A stretch of 64,000 nt of DNA from Clostridiales bacterium (GTDB taxonomy: Bacteria; Bacillota; Clostridia; Saccharofermentanales; Saccharofermentanaceae), in the NCBI GenBank assembly GCA_017513085.1, contig JAFWDK010000010.1:192001-256000 (forward strand). The letters are read 5' to 3'. Position 1 is the stretch's first letter, and every line of letters starts with the position of its first letter. The notes under the pieces are model-generated. The model made no database searches and was not told the DNA's origin. It was given only the letters and a program-made list of their open reading frames with translations. The position numbers and the translations under genes were made by a program. Shown one piece after another: positions 20,238 to 30,622 of this stretch.

Positions 20238-20845
20238 TGTACGCATATATAAAAGGTGTATTTGTTTCTGCACGTGGGGATGAGATCGTCGTCGAGAATA
20301 ACGGCATCGGGTACCGGATCTACATGCCTATGCTTATGCAAGGAAAAATCGGACATATCGGTGATGAGGTCTGTGTATATACTTATCATTATGTCCGTGA
20401 AGATATTTTTGCTTTGTATGGTTTTCCTTCTCCGGAAGACCAGGATATGTTTGTCTTGTTGCTGTCTGTGAGTGGTATCGGTCCGAAGACGGCGATCGGA
20501 GTGGTCGAACTGCTTGATCCGTCAGAGCTTGCCATGGCTGTGCTTTCCGGTGATGTGAAGAAGATCAGTACAGTTAAGGGGCTGGGAAAGAAATCGGCAG
20601 AGCGTATCGTCCTGGAACTTAAAGATAAGCTCAAGGGATTCGATGTATCCTCTATTCCCAGACAGGATGATGTGGCAGGTGAGATTCCTTCCGCTGGGAT
20701 CGGCGTTTTGGAAGACTGTATTTCCGCACTGGTGGTGTTGGGTTATCCGGCATCTGATGCAAATAAAGCAGCAAGACGTGCTTTTGAAGATGGAATCAGT
20801 GTTGAGGAACTGGTGCGTAAAGCTTTGCGTCTTTTGGCAAAATAA
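20237..20845 (+). CDS. ruvA: Holliday junction branch-migration protein RuvA
   Basis: GIGY, VRED...LYGF, VSGIGPK, GLGKKSAERIVLELKDK. Confidence 0.96.
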   Translation: MYAYIKGVFVSARGDEIVVENNGIGYRIYMPMLMQGKIGHIGDEVCVYTYHYVREDIFALYGFPSPEDQDMFVLLLSVSGIGPKTAIGVVELLDPSELAMAVLSGDVKKISTVKGLGKKSAERIVLELKDKLKGFDVSSIPRQDDVAGEIPSAGIGVLEDCISALVVLGYPASDANKAARRAFEDGISVEELVRKALRLLAK

Positions 20846-20870
20846 TGGTTAGAGTTAGGGGACGGTTTAG

Positions 20871-21983
20871 ATGGATTTTCAGGATTTAGAACAAGATGAG
20901 CGTATGATCGCCCGTGAAAGATTGCCGGAAGATCGGGATGAGAAGGGTCTACGGCCTTTGACCTGGGATGACTATTCCGGTCAGAAACAGGTCACGGATA
21001 ATTTGAAGATCTTTATCGAAGCGGCGATGCGTCGTGGTGAGGCTTTGGACCATTGCCTTCTTTATGGCCCTCCCGGTCTTGGAAAGACGACGCTTGCCGG
21101 TATCATTGCCAATGAGATGGGTGTTAATCTTCGTATTACGACCGGCCCGGCTATTGAGAAGGCAGGAGATCTGGCAGCGCTTCTTACGAATCTTCAAGAG
21201 AGGGAAGTGCTCTTTATCGATGAGATACATCGTTTGAACAGAAGTGTGGAAGAAGTGCTTTATCCCGCGATGGAGGATTTTGCGCTGGATATTATGATCG
21301 GTAAGGGCCCAAGTGCGCGTTCGATCCGTATTGATCTTCCGAAGTTTACTTTAATCGGTGCCACGACGCGTGCGGGTATGCTTTCTGCGCCTCTCCGTGA
21401 CCGTTTTGGTATGGTTCATCGGCTTGAACTTTATAAACCGGAAGAGTTGCGCGTGATCCTGAAAAGGGATGCGGATATACTTGGGATCGGAATCGATGAC
21501 GAAGGCCTGGATTGTCTGGCTTGCCGTTCGCGTGGCACGCCTCGTATTGCGATACGTCTTTTGAAGCGGCTTCGCGATTATGCCGAGGTGCGTGGCGAGG
21601 GCATTATAAATAGGGAAATAGCAGAGTACGGACTTGATCAGTTGGCTATCGACAATATGGGCCTGGATCATACAGACCGGCGGATCATGACCAGTATCGC
21701 TGAGAAGTTTTTGGGCGGACCTGTCGGCCTTGAGACACTGGCCGCATGTACAGGTGAAGATGCGGGAACGATCGAGGATGTGTATGAACCATTTCTCATG
21801 CAGTGTGGTTTTATTGCCAAGACCCCTCGGGGACGTGTTTTGGCTCCGGCCGGCTGGAAACATCTCGGATTGATTTGTCCGGCTGATATTGATAAGAAAC
21901 TTAGTGGTCTTGGTATTTCTTCTTCCGTTAATAATTCGGATAGTCAGATCTCTATCGACGAGATCATGGATAAGAAAGAGTAA
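20871..21983 (+). CDS. ruvB: Holliday junction ATPase RuvB
   Basis: [43 protein letters not shown]. Confidence 0.98.
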   Translation: MDFQDLEQDERMIARERLPEDRDEKGLRPLTWDDYSGQKQVTDNLKIFIEAAMRRGEALDHCLLYGPPGLGKTTLAGIIANEMGVNLRITTGPAIEKAGDLAALLTNLQEREVLFIDEIHRLNRSVEEVLYPAMEDFALDIMIGKGPSARSIRIDLPKFTLIGATTRAGMLSAPLRDRFGMVHRLELYKPEELRVILKRDADILGIGIDDEGLDCLACRSRGTPRIAIRLLKRLRDYAEVRGEGIINREIAEYGLDQLAIDNMGLDHTDRRIMTSIAEKFLGGPVGLETLAACTGEDAGTIEDVYEPFLMQCGFIAKTPRGRVLAPAGWKHLGLICPADIDKKLSGLGISSSVNNSDSQISIDEIMDKKE

Positions 21984-21996
21984 GGCAAGGTTCGTT

Positions 21997-22581
21997 ATGA
22001 AAGAGAGAGATCTTTTGCTTCATGCTTGTTGTGCGCCTTGCGCAGAGTATCCTGTTTTCGATCTTCAAGGACAGAAGATCGATACTGAAGTATTGTATTT
22101 TAATCCGAATATTCATCCGAAATTTGAGTTTGACAGAAGAAGAGAGCAATTGGAGAAGCTTTCTGAACTGGATGACTTTGTTTGTCATTTTTCCGATGAT
22201 TTCCGCATGGATGACTGGCTGGAGCATAAGTGGGAAGGACAGTTTGCATCACGTTGCCTGATGTGCTATCAGATCCGCATGGACTATGTGGCTGCTTTTG
22301 CAAAAGAACAAGGTTTTCAGCGTTTTTCCACATCCTTGCTGGTCAGTCCGTATCAGAATCATGATGCAATTATTGCGAGTGCTGAGCTGGCATCGCAGAA
22401 ATACGGGATCCCTTTTTTCTATAGCGACTGGAGACCACATTTTAGAGAAGGCCAGAATATGGCTCGTGAACATGGATTATATCGTCAGAAGTATTGCGGC
22501 TGCATTTTTTCTCTGGATGATTCGGATTTTAAAGAAAAGATCATTGCTTCTTTCCCTGATGGTTGGGAAGCGCAGCGCTGA
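21997..22581 (+). CDS. queH: Epoxyqueuosine reductase QueH (DUF208)
   Basis: LLHACCAPC, YFNPNIHP, RC..C, SLLVSP, LYRQ.YCGC.FS. Confidence 0.93.
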   Translation: MKERDLLLHACCAPCAEYPVFDLQGQKIDTEVLYFNPNIHPKFEFDRRREQLEKLSELDDFVCHFSDDFRMDDWLEHKWEGQFASRCLMCYQIRMDYVAAFAKEQGFQRFSTSLLVSPYQNHDAIIASAELASQKYGIPFFYSDWRPHFREGQNMAREHGLYRQKYCGCIFSLDDSDFKEKIIASFPDGWEAQR

Positions 22582-24454
22582 CCAGAAGAGAATTGTACGT
22601 GTCGTAGGTTACCATTCCGGGCTTGGCTTTAGGTAGTTTCTTTACATGAGAAACCGGGCAGTAATCAATATCAACTCGGATGTCGTACTCGGTTTTTGTC
22701 TCTGCCTTTTCGCCGGATAATACCTTATTGCTTCTTGAGTAGTACGCGGCGATCGATGCTGCTTCGACAATGGCTTTGTCAGAAGGGGTTTTACCCTGGG
22801 TGCGAAGGATCACATGTGTGCCGGGCATGTTTTTGGCATGGAACCAGAGATCTTCTTTTTCTGCCACATGAAAAGTCAGATTGTCGTTTTGAATATTGTT
22901 TCGACCGCTTAAAACCTCCAGTCCGCCGTCAACGATGTAACGTCTGGGAGAACTGGAATCTTCGGGTTTCTTCGTAGTTTTAGACTTGTTCTGTTTCTGC
23001 TTGGCTTTCTGTGCCGCTTGACGGAGTGCACGGGAAGACATTTTTCCGGACTTGGACTTCCCGGGATGGTACTTCTCAGATGAGGCGTTTTTCTTGGACT
23101 CTTTAGAAGTACTCTCACGAACACCTTCTTCAGATAATTCAAAAGCTATAGCCTTCAGATCTTCTTCTTCGGATGCTGCGTCAATGGCTTGTATCAATGA
23201 TTGAAAATAACTTATATTGCCAGATTCCTGTTCGATGAAACGCTTGGCGGCATCGCGGCGGCTTATGGCTTTTCTATAGCGACGTAAGAGATTCTGCCCC
23301 TGGTCGGACGCAGATTTGTTCGGATCCAATGAAATGACTGTGTTTTGGCCGAAATCCGGATAATCCGGTATATTGATCTCTAGATCGCCGGGATGAACCA
23401 GATATTGATAGGCTAGAATGAGTTCACCTTGTTCCTTGAGTTTTTCTGCGTCTTTGGTCTCGTTAAGATCATCCTCATGAATAGAAAGCTTCTTGCTTTC
23501 ATGAGAAAGTGCGTATTGAACGATAGAGCGGAGCTGTCTTCTCCGATCTTCGAAATGCTGCTGCCTGTCGTAGTAGCCCCAGACTTCATCCAGCGCTTCG
23601 GAAATCGTGGGAACAGGTTTGATTTTGCCACCATCCTGAATATTTAAAGCGTGCCAGTCACTTGGTTCACCATCAGAAAAAAGAACGCAAGGAGATGGCT
23701 TTACAGAAACAATGTCTGAGATGATGCTTCGCATTACACCGATCAGTTTTTGCTTCTTGCTATCGGACAGCGAAGCAAGGCTTTCGCGAGTATCAAGACC
23801 TGCACGAAAACAGATATCCGATGTTAAAAGCGGGGAGAACCCAAGAAGAGAATCCAGAAGTGCTTTGCCCAAAGGACGGGATTGGGCGGTGTCAAGGATA
23901 GGGAGTTCTTGGCGTTCCAGTTTTTCCAGAGCTTCGGACGGAGAGAGCTTGCCTTGAGACGGCGGAGCTTCATAGATACGCGCCGGCATGATCTCGCGGA
24001 CACGGCTGGTGCTGCTGTCTACGTGAACGACGGCGTCAATGATCCGTTTTTCCTGGTTTAGAAAAATGATATTACTATATCTGCCCATCATTTCGATGAC
24101 AAGGTATTTGGTTGAAGTATCATGCAGTTCATCGGTCGTAGAAACGCTGATCGTGATGATTCGCTCGTAGTCAGGACAGGAAATATCCAGGATTCTGGCT
24201 CCCGAAAGATGTTTTCGCAGAAGCATACAGAAATTCGGCGGCATCTGCGGGTTTTCTTTCATGTTGGCAGTGATCTGCACCCGAGGTGATTTTGGATCGC
24301 ATGAGAGAAGAAGCTTATAGTTTTCCGAATTGGAACGGACAAGCATATAGACTTCAAAACGCGTGGGCTGGTAGATTTTATCGATCCTTGCGCCTGTGAG
24401 TTTTGTCTGTAATTCTTTAGCTAAAAAGTTTGAAGAGATTCCGTCAAGAGGCAT
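22541..24454 (-). CDS. rqcH: NFACT family ribosome-quality-control protein RqcH/Rqc2
   Basis: MPLDG start, KIYQP, FCMLLRKHL, IEMMGRYSNI, GRNN.QND, WFHAK..PGTHV, AAYYS. Confidence 0.93.
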   Translation of the reverse strand: MPLDGISSNFLAKELQTKLTGARIDKIYQPTRFEVYMLVRSNSENYKLLLSCDPKSPRVQITANMKENPQMPPNFCMLLRKHLSGARILDISCPDYERIITISVSTTDELHDTSTKYLVIEMMGRYSNIIFLNQEKRIIDAVVHVDSSTSRVREIMPARIYEAPPSQGKLSPSEALEKLERQELPILDTAQSRPLGKALLDSLLGFSPLLTSDICFRAGLDTRESLASLSDSKKQKLIGVMRSIISDIVSVKPSPCVLFSDGEPSDWHALNIQDGGKIKPVPTISEALDEVWGYYDRQQHFEDRRRQLRSIVQYALSHESKKLSIHEDDLNETKDAEKLKEQGELILAYQYLVHPGDLEINIPDYPDFGQNTVISLDPNKSASDQGQNLLRRYRKAISRRDAAKRFIEQESGNISYFQSLIQAIDAASEEEDLKAIAFELSEEGVRESTSKESKKNASSEKYHPGKSKSGKMSSRALRQAAQKAKQKQNKSKTTKKPEDSSSPRRYIVDGGLEVLSGRNNIQNDNLTFHVAEKEDLWFHAKNMPGTHVILRTQGKTPSDKAIVEAASIAAYYSRSNKVLSGEKAETKTEYDIRVDIDYCPVSHVKKLPKAKPGMVTYDTYNSLLVSAALPNHQGKKQ

Positions 24455-24465
24455 GAGACAGTTCC

Positions 24466-24834
24466 TCACTGATTGTTGGGATCGTCATCGGAGAGATGCT
24501 GTTTTCTGCGTTCGACGATAAGAAAAATGATCCAGCCGAGTACCATTGCGGCTACGATCTCCACTCCAAGTATGGTGAAGAATCGATCATAATGATTCAT
24601 AGATACCAGAAAATCTACGGCAATCAGAAGAAGAATGGCTAATAAAGCATATAGCATCTTTCCCCAGCTTGATGACCAGATAATAGAAAAAAAGGACTCG
24701 CTTTCTTCAGAAACTTCCTGTACGCGTGTTTTTTGCGAACGAGAAGAAGAGCCGGAAGAAGTCTTGCCCGAACGGGGAGACGGCTTACGGTTCGAAGATT
24801 GAGTATTCTTTTTCGCCGGACTTTTCTGAGCCAT
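24466..24834 (-). CDS. Small membrane protein with two TM helices and a basic N-terminus
   Basis: ORF in an operon-like position with two hydrophobic segments. Confidence 0.7.
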   Translation of the reverse strand: MAQKSPAKKNTQSSNRKPSPRSGKTSSGSSSRSQKTRVQEVSEESESFFSIIWSSSWGKMLYALLAILLLIAVDFLVSMNHYDRFFTILGVEIVAAMVLGWIIFLIVERRKQHLSDDDPNNQ

Positions 24835-24839
24835 GTTTC

Positions 24840-26078
24840 TTAAGAATTCGACTCTGTTTCTTTCAGGTCGCCCTTGCTGGCCAGGAGTTTCTTGATCTTG
24901 TCGGTTGGCTTGATCAGATTGGACAGTGACGAGTCATGGTTGATCGCGTCGATGAGAAGCGCTACGAACTTACTCATGTTAACATCCGCAAACCAAGGAG
25001 CGGCAAGCAGTTCCGGTCTTCTGTAGATCAGGTTTGTCGCAAAGACTTTGGAAATGATGCCTTCTTCATAAGCTTTATCAAAATGCTCGACGCCTTCTGT
25101 AAATAAACCGAATGTAACTGCGCAATAGATGTTTCTGGCTCCGCGATGCTTCATCTCGCGTGCGATATCCAGCATGGAATCGCCGGAAGAGATCATGTCA
25201 TCAACGATCAGGATATCAAGACCTTCCACAGATTCACCGAGGAATTCATGAGCGACGATCGGATTACGGCCGTTTACGACACGCGTATAGTCTCTGCGCT
25301 TGTAGAAAGTACCCAGCGGAACACCAAGGATCGATGCAAAGTACATAGCACGTGAGATACCGCCTTCGTCAGGGCTGATAACCATGAAACGGTCTTCGGT
25401 AAAGTGCAGATCAGGAATAGAACGATACATTTCTTTGATGATCTGGTATGTAGCAGACAGGCTCTCAAAACCGGAAGTAGGAATAGCATTGGCTACTCGC
25501 TCGTCGTGGGCATCAAAAGTAATGATGTTTTCGACACCGAGGCCATAGATCTCTTCCAGAGCAAAAGCACAGTCGAGGGATTCACGGGAGTTTCTCTTGT
25601 GCTGACGGCCTTCGTAAAGGAAAGGCATGATAACGTTGATACGACGTGCCTTACCGGAGCATGCGAGAATAACACGCTTGAGATCCTGATAGTGATCGTC
25701 CGGACTCATATGATTGATCTGACCGAACATTTTGTATGTGCAGGAAAAGTTGGTAACGTCACTGATGATGAAGAGGTCATGACCACGCACGGAACTCTGG
25801 ATAACAGCTTTTCCTTCACCGGATGAAAATCTGGTGTTTTCGACAGCTAAACGATAATCCTGACGGTAGAATCCCGGATATTTACTGATAAACTCCTGCT
25901 CCTGGTATTCGGATCTGCGTTTATTCAAGTACCAGTTTACTTTGTCAGTAAACTCGACACTGCCTTTCAGCGGTACCAGTGCGATTGGTCCAACAGGTGC
26001 CATCGGGTTATCCCCGTATTGATTATAACGGGAATAGGCTCTCTCATCAGGACTTTGCATGTTCGGTTCCATAGTCAT
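24840..26078 (-). CDS. prs: Ribose-phosphate pyrophosphokinase
   Basis: RFSSGEGK, VRG.D, MPFLYEGRQHKR, FDAH, SPDEGG, YKRR, IVDDMISSG. Confidence 0.93.
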   Translation of the reverse strand: MTMEPNMQSPDERAYSRYNQYGDNPMAPVGPIALVPLKGSVEFTDKVNWYLNKRRSEYQEQEFISKYPGFYRQDYRLAVENTRFSSGEGKAVIQSSVRGHDLFIISDVTNFSCTYKMFGQINHMSPDDHYQDLKRVILACSGKARRINVIMPFLYEGRQHKRNSRESLDCAFALEEIYGLGVENIITFDAHDERVANAIPTSGFESLSATYQIIKEMYRSIPDLHFTEDRFMVISPDEGGISRAMYFASILGVPLGTFYKRRDYTRVVNGRNPIVAHEFLGESVEGLDILIVDDMISSGDSMLDIAREMKHRGARNIYCAVTFGLFTEGVEHFDKAYEEGIISKVFATNLIYRRPELLAAPWFADVNMSKFVALLIDAINHDSSLSNLIKPTDKIKKLLASKGDLKETESNS

Positions 26079-26093
26079 TTTTCTCCGATCCTT

Positions 26094-27320
26094 TTACAAT
26101 AATTCTTCTAGTCTGACTTGTCCGAGAAGGGAATCAAACCGATCGATCGGATTTGTCAGTTTGCCAATTGATTCGTCAACATTCAGTGCATCGATGATAC
26201 GTGCAACAAATGGAGTCATATTTACATCCACATACCATGGCGCATCCAAAAGCTTTTTCGGACGGTATGTCAGGTTCGAGCAAAGCACCTGCTTGATGAT
26301 GCCCTTCTCGTAAGCTTCATTAAATGGTTCCAGACCCTCCGTAAAAAGTCCGAAAGAAGCAGCGCAATAAATGTTTCCGGCATTCCGTTCACGCATATAT
26401 TGTGCAGTACGGAGCATGGTCTTTCCGGAATTTATCATATCATCGACGATCAGGACATCTTTGCCCTTAGGATCTGCGCCAAGGAATTGGAACGACTTAA
26501 TAAGGTAATTACCATCTTCATCCATGCGGGTATAGTCGCGGTCACGATAGAAGAGCCCAAGATGTAATCCGAGCATGGAAGAATAGAAGATTCCGCGAGA
26601 AACAGCCATCTCGTCAGGACTGATGATCATCATGTTATCCTTGTCGATATGGAGCCCCGGGTTTTTATAGATCAGAGTCTGGATGATCTTATATGCACAC
26701 TTGGGCATTTCAATACCCATGAGAGGCACTGCATTAATGATTCTCGGGTCATGCGGATCGAAAACGATCAGGTTTGCAACACCGAGATTATAAAGATCCT
26801 TCAGCATTTGCGCACAGTCAAGGGACTCGCGTGTTATGCTGTGATCCTGACGGCCTTCGTAAAGAAAAGGCATGATTACATTGATACGCTTGGCTTTCCC
26901 GCTGACTGCCATGATGATTCGGAGAAGATCTCTGAAATGATCATCAGGACTCTTAAAGTGAGGAATGCCGGATAATGTGAAGGATTCATCATGTGAAAGA
27001 ACATCTGTAATGATATAAATATCATGTCCACGGACTGTCTGGTTCAGGGTCACTTTACCTTCACCGGTAGAAAAACGTGTAATAGTAGCAGAAATTGTAA
27101 AATCCCTACGTAAATATCCTGCACTGTTTACGTAAGGACTGGCGTTTTTCTCGTATTTCAGAGCACGTTTTTCGTAGAGAACATCATTGACTTGCTTGAC
27201 AAATTCCTCGTTAGAGGTGTGCGAAATGATTCCTATCGGACCGAAAGGTTCTAGTAAATAACCGCGATAATCTTCGCAAGAAGAGTTAACAGAGCTTGGA
27301 ACACTCGTGTTTTCTGACAT
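26094..27320 (-). CDS. prs: Second, divergent ribose-phosphate pyrophosphokinase paralog
   Basis: RFSTGEGK, MPFLYEGRQD, SPDE, IVDDMINSGKT. ATG 27320 follows GGAGG. Confidence 0.85.
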   Translation of the reverse strand: MSENTSVPSSVNSSCEDYRGYLLEPFGPIGIISHTSNEEFVKQVNDVLYEKRALKYEKNASPYVNSAGYLRRDFTISATITRFSTGEGKVTLNQTVRGHDIYIITDVLSHDESFTLSGIPHFKSPDDHFRDLLRIIMAVSGKAKRINVIMPFLYEGRQDHSITRESLDCAQMLKDLYNLGVANLIVFDPHDPRIINAVPLMGIEMPKCAYKIIQTLIYKNPGLHIDKDNMMIISPDEMAVSRGIFYSSMLGLHLGLFYRDRDYTRMDEDGNYLIKSFQFLGADPKGKDVLIVDDMINSGKTMLRTAQYMRERNAGNIYCAASFGLFTEGLEPFNEAYEKGIIKQVLCSNLTYRPKKLLDAPWYVDVNMTPFVARIIDALNVDESIGKLTNPIDRFDSLLGQVRLEELL

Positions 27321-27518
27321 AGCATCCTCCACAAAACGATATAGTCAAGAAACTACAGTACAAGTATAACGCTTTTTTCTTGATTTTTGTACTGGAAAAA
27401 ACAAACAATTATAAATAAAAAAGCGTGCACTTATGGGTAAAATGCATATAAAAATCATTTGTTGGTTTGCCTTCCGAAAAGGTATGTTACTATATATAGA
27501 TAACAAGGAGGTGCTTAC

Positions 27519-28121
27519 ATGGCCATTAATTTCAGGAAAACGAAATTCTGGGGAGTTGCTTCGGATATCAAGTCCTGTCCGCCGCTGGACCGGCCTGAAA
27601 TCGTGTTTTCGGGAAAATCCAATGTCGGAAAGTCTTCTTTGATCAATGCGCTTGCCGATAATAAGAAACTGGCCCGCGTAAGCGCTACGCCCGGAAAAAC
27701 CAGACTTGTCGTCTATTTTGATGTGGATGAGAAGCTTTACCTGGCTGATCTGCCCGGTTATGGTTATGCAAAAGCACCTAAGGACATTAAAGAGAAGTTT
27801 TCCAAGCTTTGTGACCAGTATTTTATTTCCGGACGTGAGTTTTCACTGGTTTTGCACCTGATCGATATCCGACATGATCCTTCCGCGGATGACATTAAAA
27901 TGTTGGAATATATGAATCACAACGAGATTCCTTATTTTTTGGTCTTTACGAAGTGTGATAAATTGTCGCGGGCACAGATGATGCGGCAGCTTGCTGCTTT
28001 CACGAAGATCCTGGATTTCCATGACAATGCCCATTGTTTTGCAGTTTCGGCTGAGAAAAAGATCGGACTCGAAGATTTGAAGGCCGGAATCGAAGAATTC
28101 TTGCAAGATAAATTAACCTGA
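27519..28121 (+). CDS. engB: Ribosome biogenesis GTPase EngB/YsxC
   Basis: GKSNVGKSSLIN, S.TPGKT, DLPGYGYAK, TKCDKL. Confidence 0.96.
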   Translation: MAINFRKTKFWGVASDIKSCPPLDRPEIVFSGKSNVGKSSLINALADNKKLARVSATPGKTRLVVYFDVDEKLYLADLPGYGYAKAPKDIKEKFSKLCDQYFISGREFSLVLHLIDIRHDPSADDIKMLEYMNHNEIPYFLVFTKCDKLSRAQMMRQLAAFTKILDFHDNAHCFAVSAEKKIGLEDLKAGIEEFLQDKLT

Positions 28122-28255
28122 TCAAGCAATCGTGATTATTATTTGTTGAAAATGCGACAAATTGTGCATGATTGGGACTTTTTGTCGTTTTACACAACTC
28201 CTTTTTTTCAGTGATGTCTTTAGAATATGCATATTCTTGAAAGGACATACCGGCT

Positions 28256-30610
28256 GTGAGCGAAGGGGCATCTATATTTACACATCAGGATAGGGAAGAA
28301 ACTTTTTGGATAGACTGGATAAACAGAGTTTTCAGCTCGTTGATCTGCCGACCATTGGTATATGCTCTGATAATGTGTATGCTAGGCTCGTATTGTGGTT
28401 TTTATTTCTCTTCGCCGCTCCGTTTTGGCTTTTTACCGGTTGTTTCTCTGCTGACGCTTGTTTTTGGATGTAAAAACCGGGGTTGCCGGAAATATACATT
28501 AACGCTGGTTGTTGGTTTTGGCATCTTTATACTATCGTTCATATATTTTACTCATGTTTGTCATCAAGCGGAGCATTTGGAAAATGTGGAGAATTATGAA
28601 GGAAAATGTATGGTTTGTTCCAGAAACGGCTATTTATCCGGTTATAAAAACCTGACGGTCCGGCTTCCCGATGGAGAGAAAGTGAACTGGCTTACCGATT
28701 CTTCTTATGGTTTCGGAGACGAGTTGATCGTAAAAGCCCGGATACAGACTATTCAATCTAAGGGAAACCCGGGAGACGTAAATTATAAGAAAACATTCCG
28801 TAATGCAGGAATCTTTCGCGCAATGAAAGTAGAGAAGGTCATGTCTGTTACTCCCGGTGATCTTTCCATTATCGATAAGGGATTTATTCTTGGTGCAAAG
28901 ATTCGGGAAGGCTGTTTTTCTTTGTGGAACAAATATGCTGACAACATGACGGCCATGTTCCTTGCTGCTATGGTCGTGGGCGACACGTCTCATCTGGACG
29001 AGAGCGTGAAAGAACGGTTTAAAGAATGTAATCTATTTCACTTGCTTGTCGTCTCCGGAGCCCATGTCGGGTATTTTACATCTACGATTGCAGCTCTCTT
29101 TTCTTTTTTGTCGAGAAAAAAGATACTCCGTACTATAGTTCTTGGCATAGCATTGCTTTGGTTTGGCTTTGTCATCGGTTGGTCAAGTTCGGCGACAAGA
29201 AGTATTCTGACTTTCTTGTGTGTTTCGGCTCTTTCATTTGAAAAACGGGGAATAGATCGCATATCTGCATGTGCTTTCAGTGGCCTGGTCCTTTGTATGG
29301 GTAATCCGTATTCCGTGTTTTCTCAAGGCTTGCTTCTATCTTTTGGTGCAACATTCAGTATTATGGTTTTTGAAAAAAGAATCACCTTTTTTATAAGAAA
29401 CAGAATTCATAAGATCCCTGAGGAACTGGTGAGGGCATTTTCGTGCTATATCTGCGCAAATATCGGGATGCTTCCGGTTCTGATCTCAATCGGGAATACT
29501 CAATCTGTTCTGAAGCTGCTTGTTGTTCTTTTGGCGGGATTCCCGGCTGAACTGATCTGCTCTCTTGGCCTTCTTTCTACTGTATTGGCTTGGTTTATGC
29601 CCTGGGGTTGTTTTAATACTATTATGTTTTTCCCGATTCGTGGTTTGGTCAGTTTTTTAGATCTTCTGTCTTTTTGGGGACAGAAGAGGAGTTTCTTTCA
29701 ATTCTCCTGGCAAAATCTTTCATGGGTTTCAATGGGATTGTTCGTAAGTCTGCTCCTATATTGTGTTTGCCACTCCGGGATCCGGAAGAGAATGATGATA
29801 CTTGTTTGTTTAGTTACTTCTTTGGTTACTGTTTTCGAAACATTTCTATTTCGTATGAATGATCCGGTAAAAGTGTATTTTCTGGATGTAGGACAGGGGG
29901 ATTGTGCCTTGATATGTTATGGAGATAAGCATGTCCTGATAGATGGAGGCAATGTTGGTAAGGGTGAGACGATACGTTCAGTCATGAACTTCTTGGATAT
30001 CGGGAGTATCGATCTGGCCTTGGCCTCGCATCTGGATGCGGATCACATTGCCGGTCTTCTTGAGATATACAATTTGGGCCTGATTGAACAGATGTACTCT
30101 CCATTTTGGTCTGAAAGCTCTGAAATGAAGCAGCTCGAACAAGCTGTTGAGAACGTTCCCGAACATGTTGATGTTTTGGCAGCTGGAGATGAGATCCTTA
30201 TCGATGAAGATATTATCTTTCATGTGGTTTGGCCGAAAAAAGCAGTTAACGGCGGGAATGAAGATTCGATGGTTGTCTGGGCGGAAATCCGGGGAACTAA
30301 TATCCTTTTTACCGGAGACATAGGTGAGAAAACCGAAAATGAAGTGATAGACAGCCTTCCCGAGGAGATCGATATTTTGAAGATCCCTCATCATGGCAGC
30401 AGATATTCTGTATCGGATGATTTTTATAATAGTAAAAAAATAGGTGCAGCAGTTATTAGCGTAGGGTATAATCTTTATGGACATCCATCCAGGGAAGTAC
30501 TGGAAATGCTTGAGAACAAAAAAGTGCCTTGTTATCGTACTGATGTGGCAGGGTGTGTCGTTTTGGAGATCGACCAAAATGGATGGAATGTAGATTACTA
30601 TTTTTCTTGA
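28256..30610 (+). CDS. comEC: DNA internalization competence protein ComEC/Rec2
   Basis: Multiple TM helices, HLLVVSGAHV competence motif, MBL domain (FLDVGQGD, SH.D.DH, FTGD, PHHGS, YRTD..G). Confidence 0.93.
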   Translation: MSEGASIFTHQDREETFWIDWINRVFSSLICRPLVYALIMCMLGSYCGFYFSSPLRFGFLPVVSLLTLVFGCKNRGCRKYTLTLVVGFGIFILSFIYFTHVCHQAEHLENVENYEGKCMVCSRNGYLSGYKNLTVRLPDGEKVNWLTDSSYGFGDELIVKARIQTIQSKGNPGDVNYKKTFRNAGIFRAMKVEKVMSVTPGDLSIIDKGFILGAKIREGCFSLWNKYADNMTAMFLAAMVVGDTSHLDESVKERFKECNLFHLLVVSGAHVGYFTSTIAALFSFLSRKKILRTIVLGIALLWFGFVIGWSSSATRSILTFLCVSALSFEKRGIDRISACAFSGLVLCMGNPYSVFSQGLLLSFGATFSIMVFEKRITFFIRNRIHKIPEELVRAFSCYICANIGMLPVLISIGNTQSVLKLLVVLLAGFPAELICSLGLLSTVLAWFMPWGCFNTIMFFPIRGLVSFLDLLSFWGQKRSFFQFSWQNLSWVSMGLFVSLLLYCVCHSGIRKRMMILVCLVTSLVTVFETFLFRMNDPVKVYFLDVGQGDCALICYGDKHVLIDGGNVGKGETIRSVMNFLDIGSIDLALASHLDADHIAGLLEIYNLGLIEQMYSPFWSESSEMKQLEQAVENVPEHVDVLAAGDEILIDEDIIFHVVWPKKAVNGGNEDSMVVWAEIRGTNILFTGDIGEKTENEVIDSLPEEIDILKIPHHGSRYSVSDDFYNSKKIGAAVISVGYNLYGHPSREVLEMLENKKVPCYRTDVAGCVVLEIDQNGWNVDYYFS

Positions 30611-30622
30611 TGTGAGGAAACC

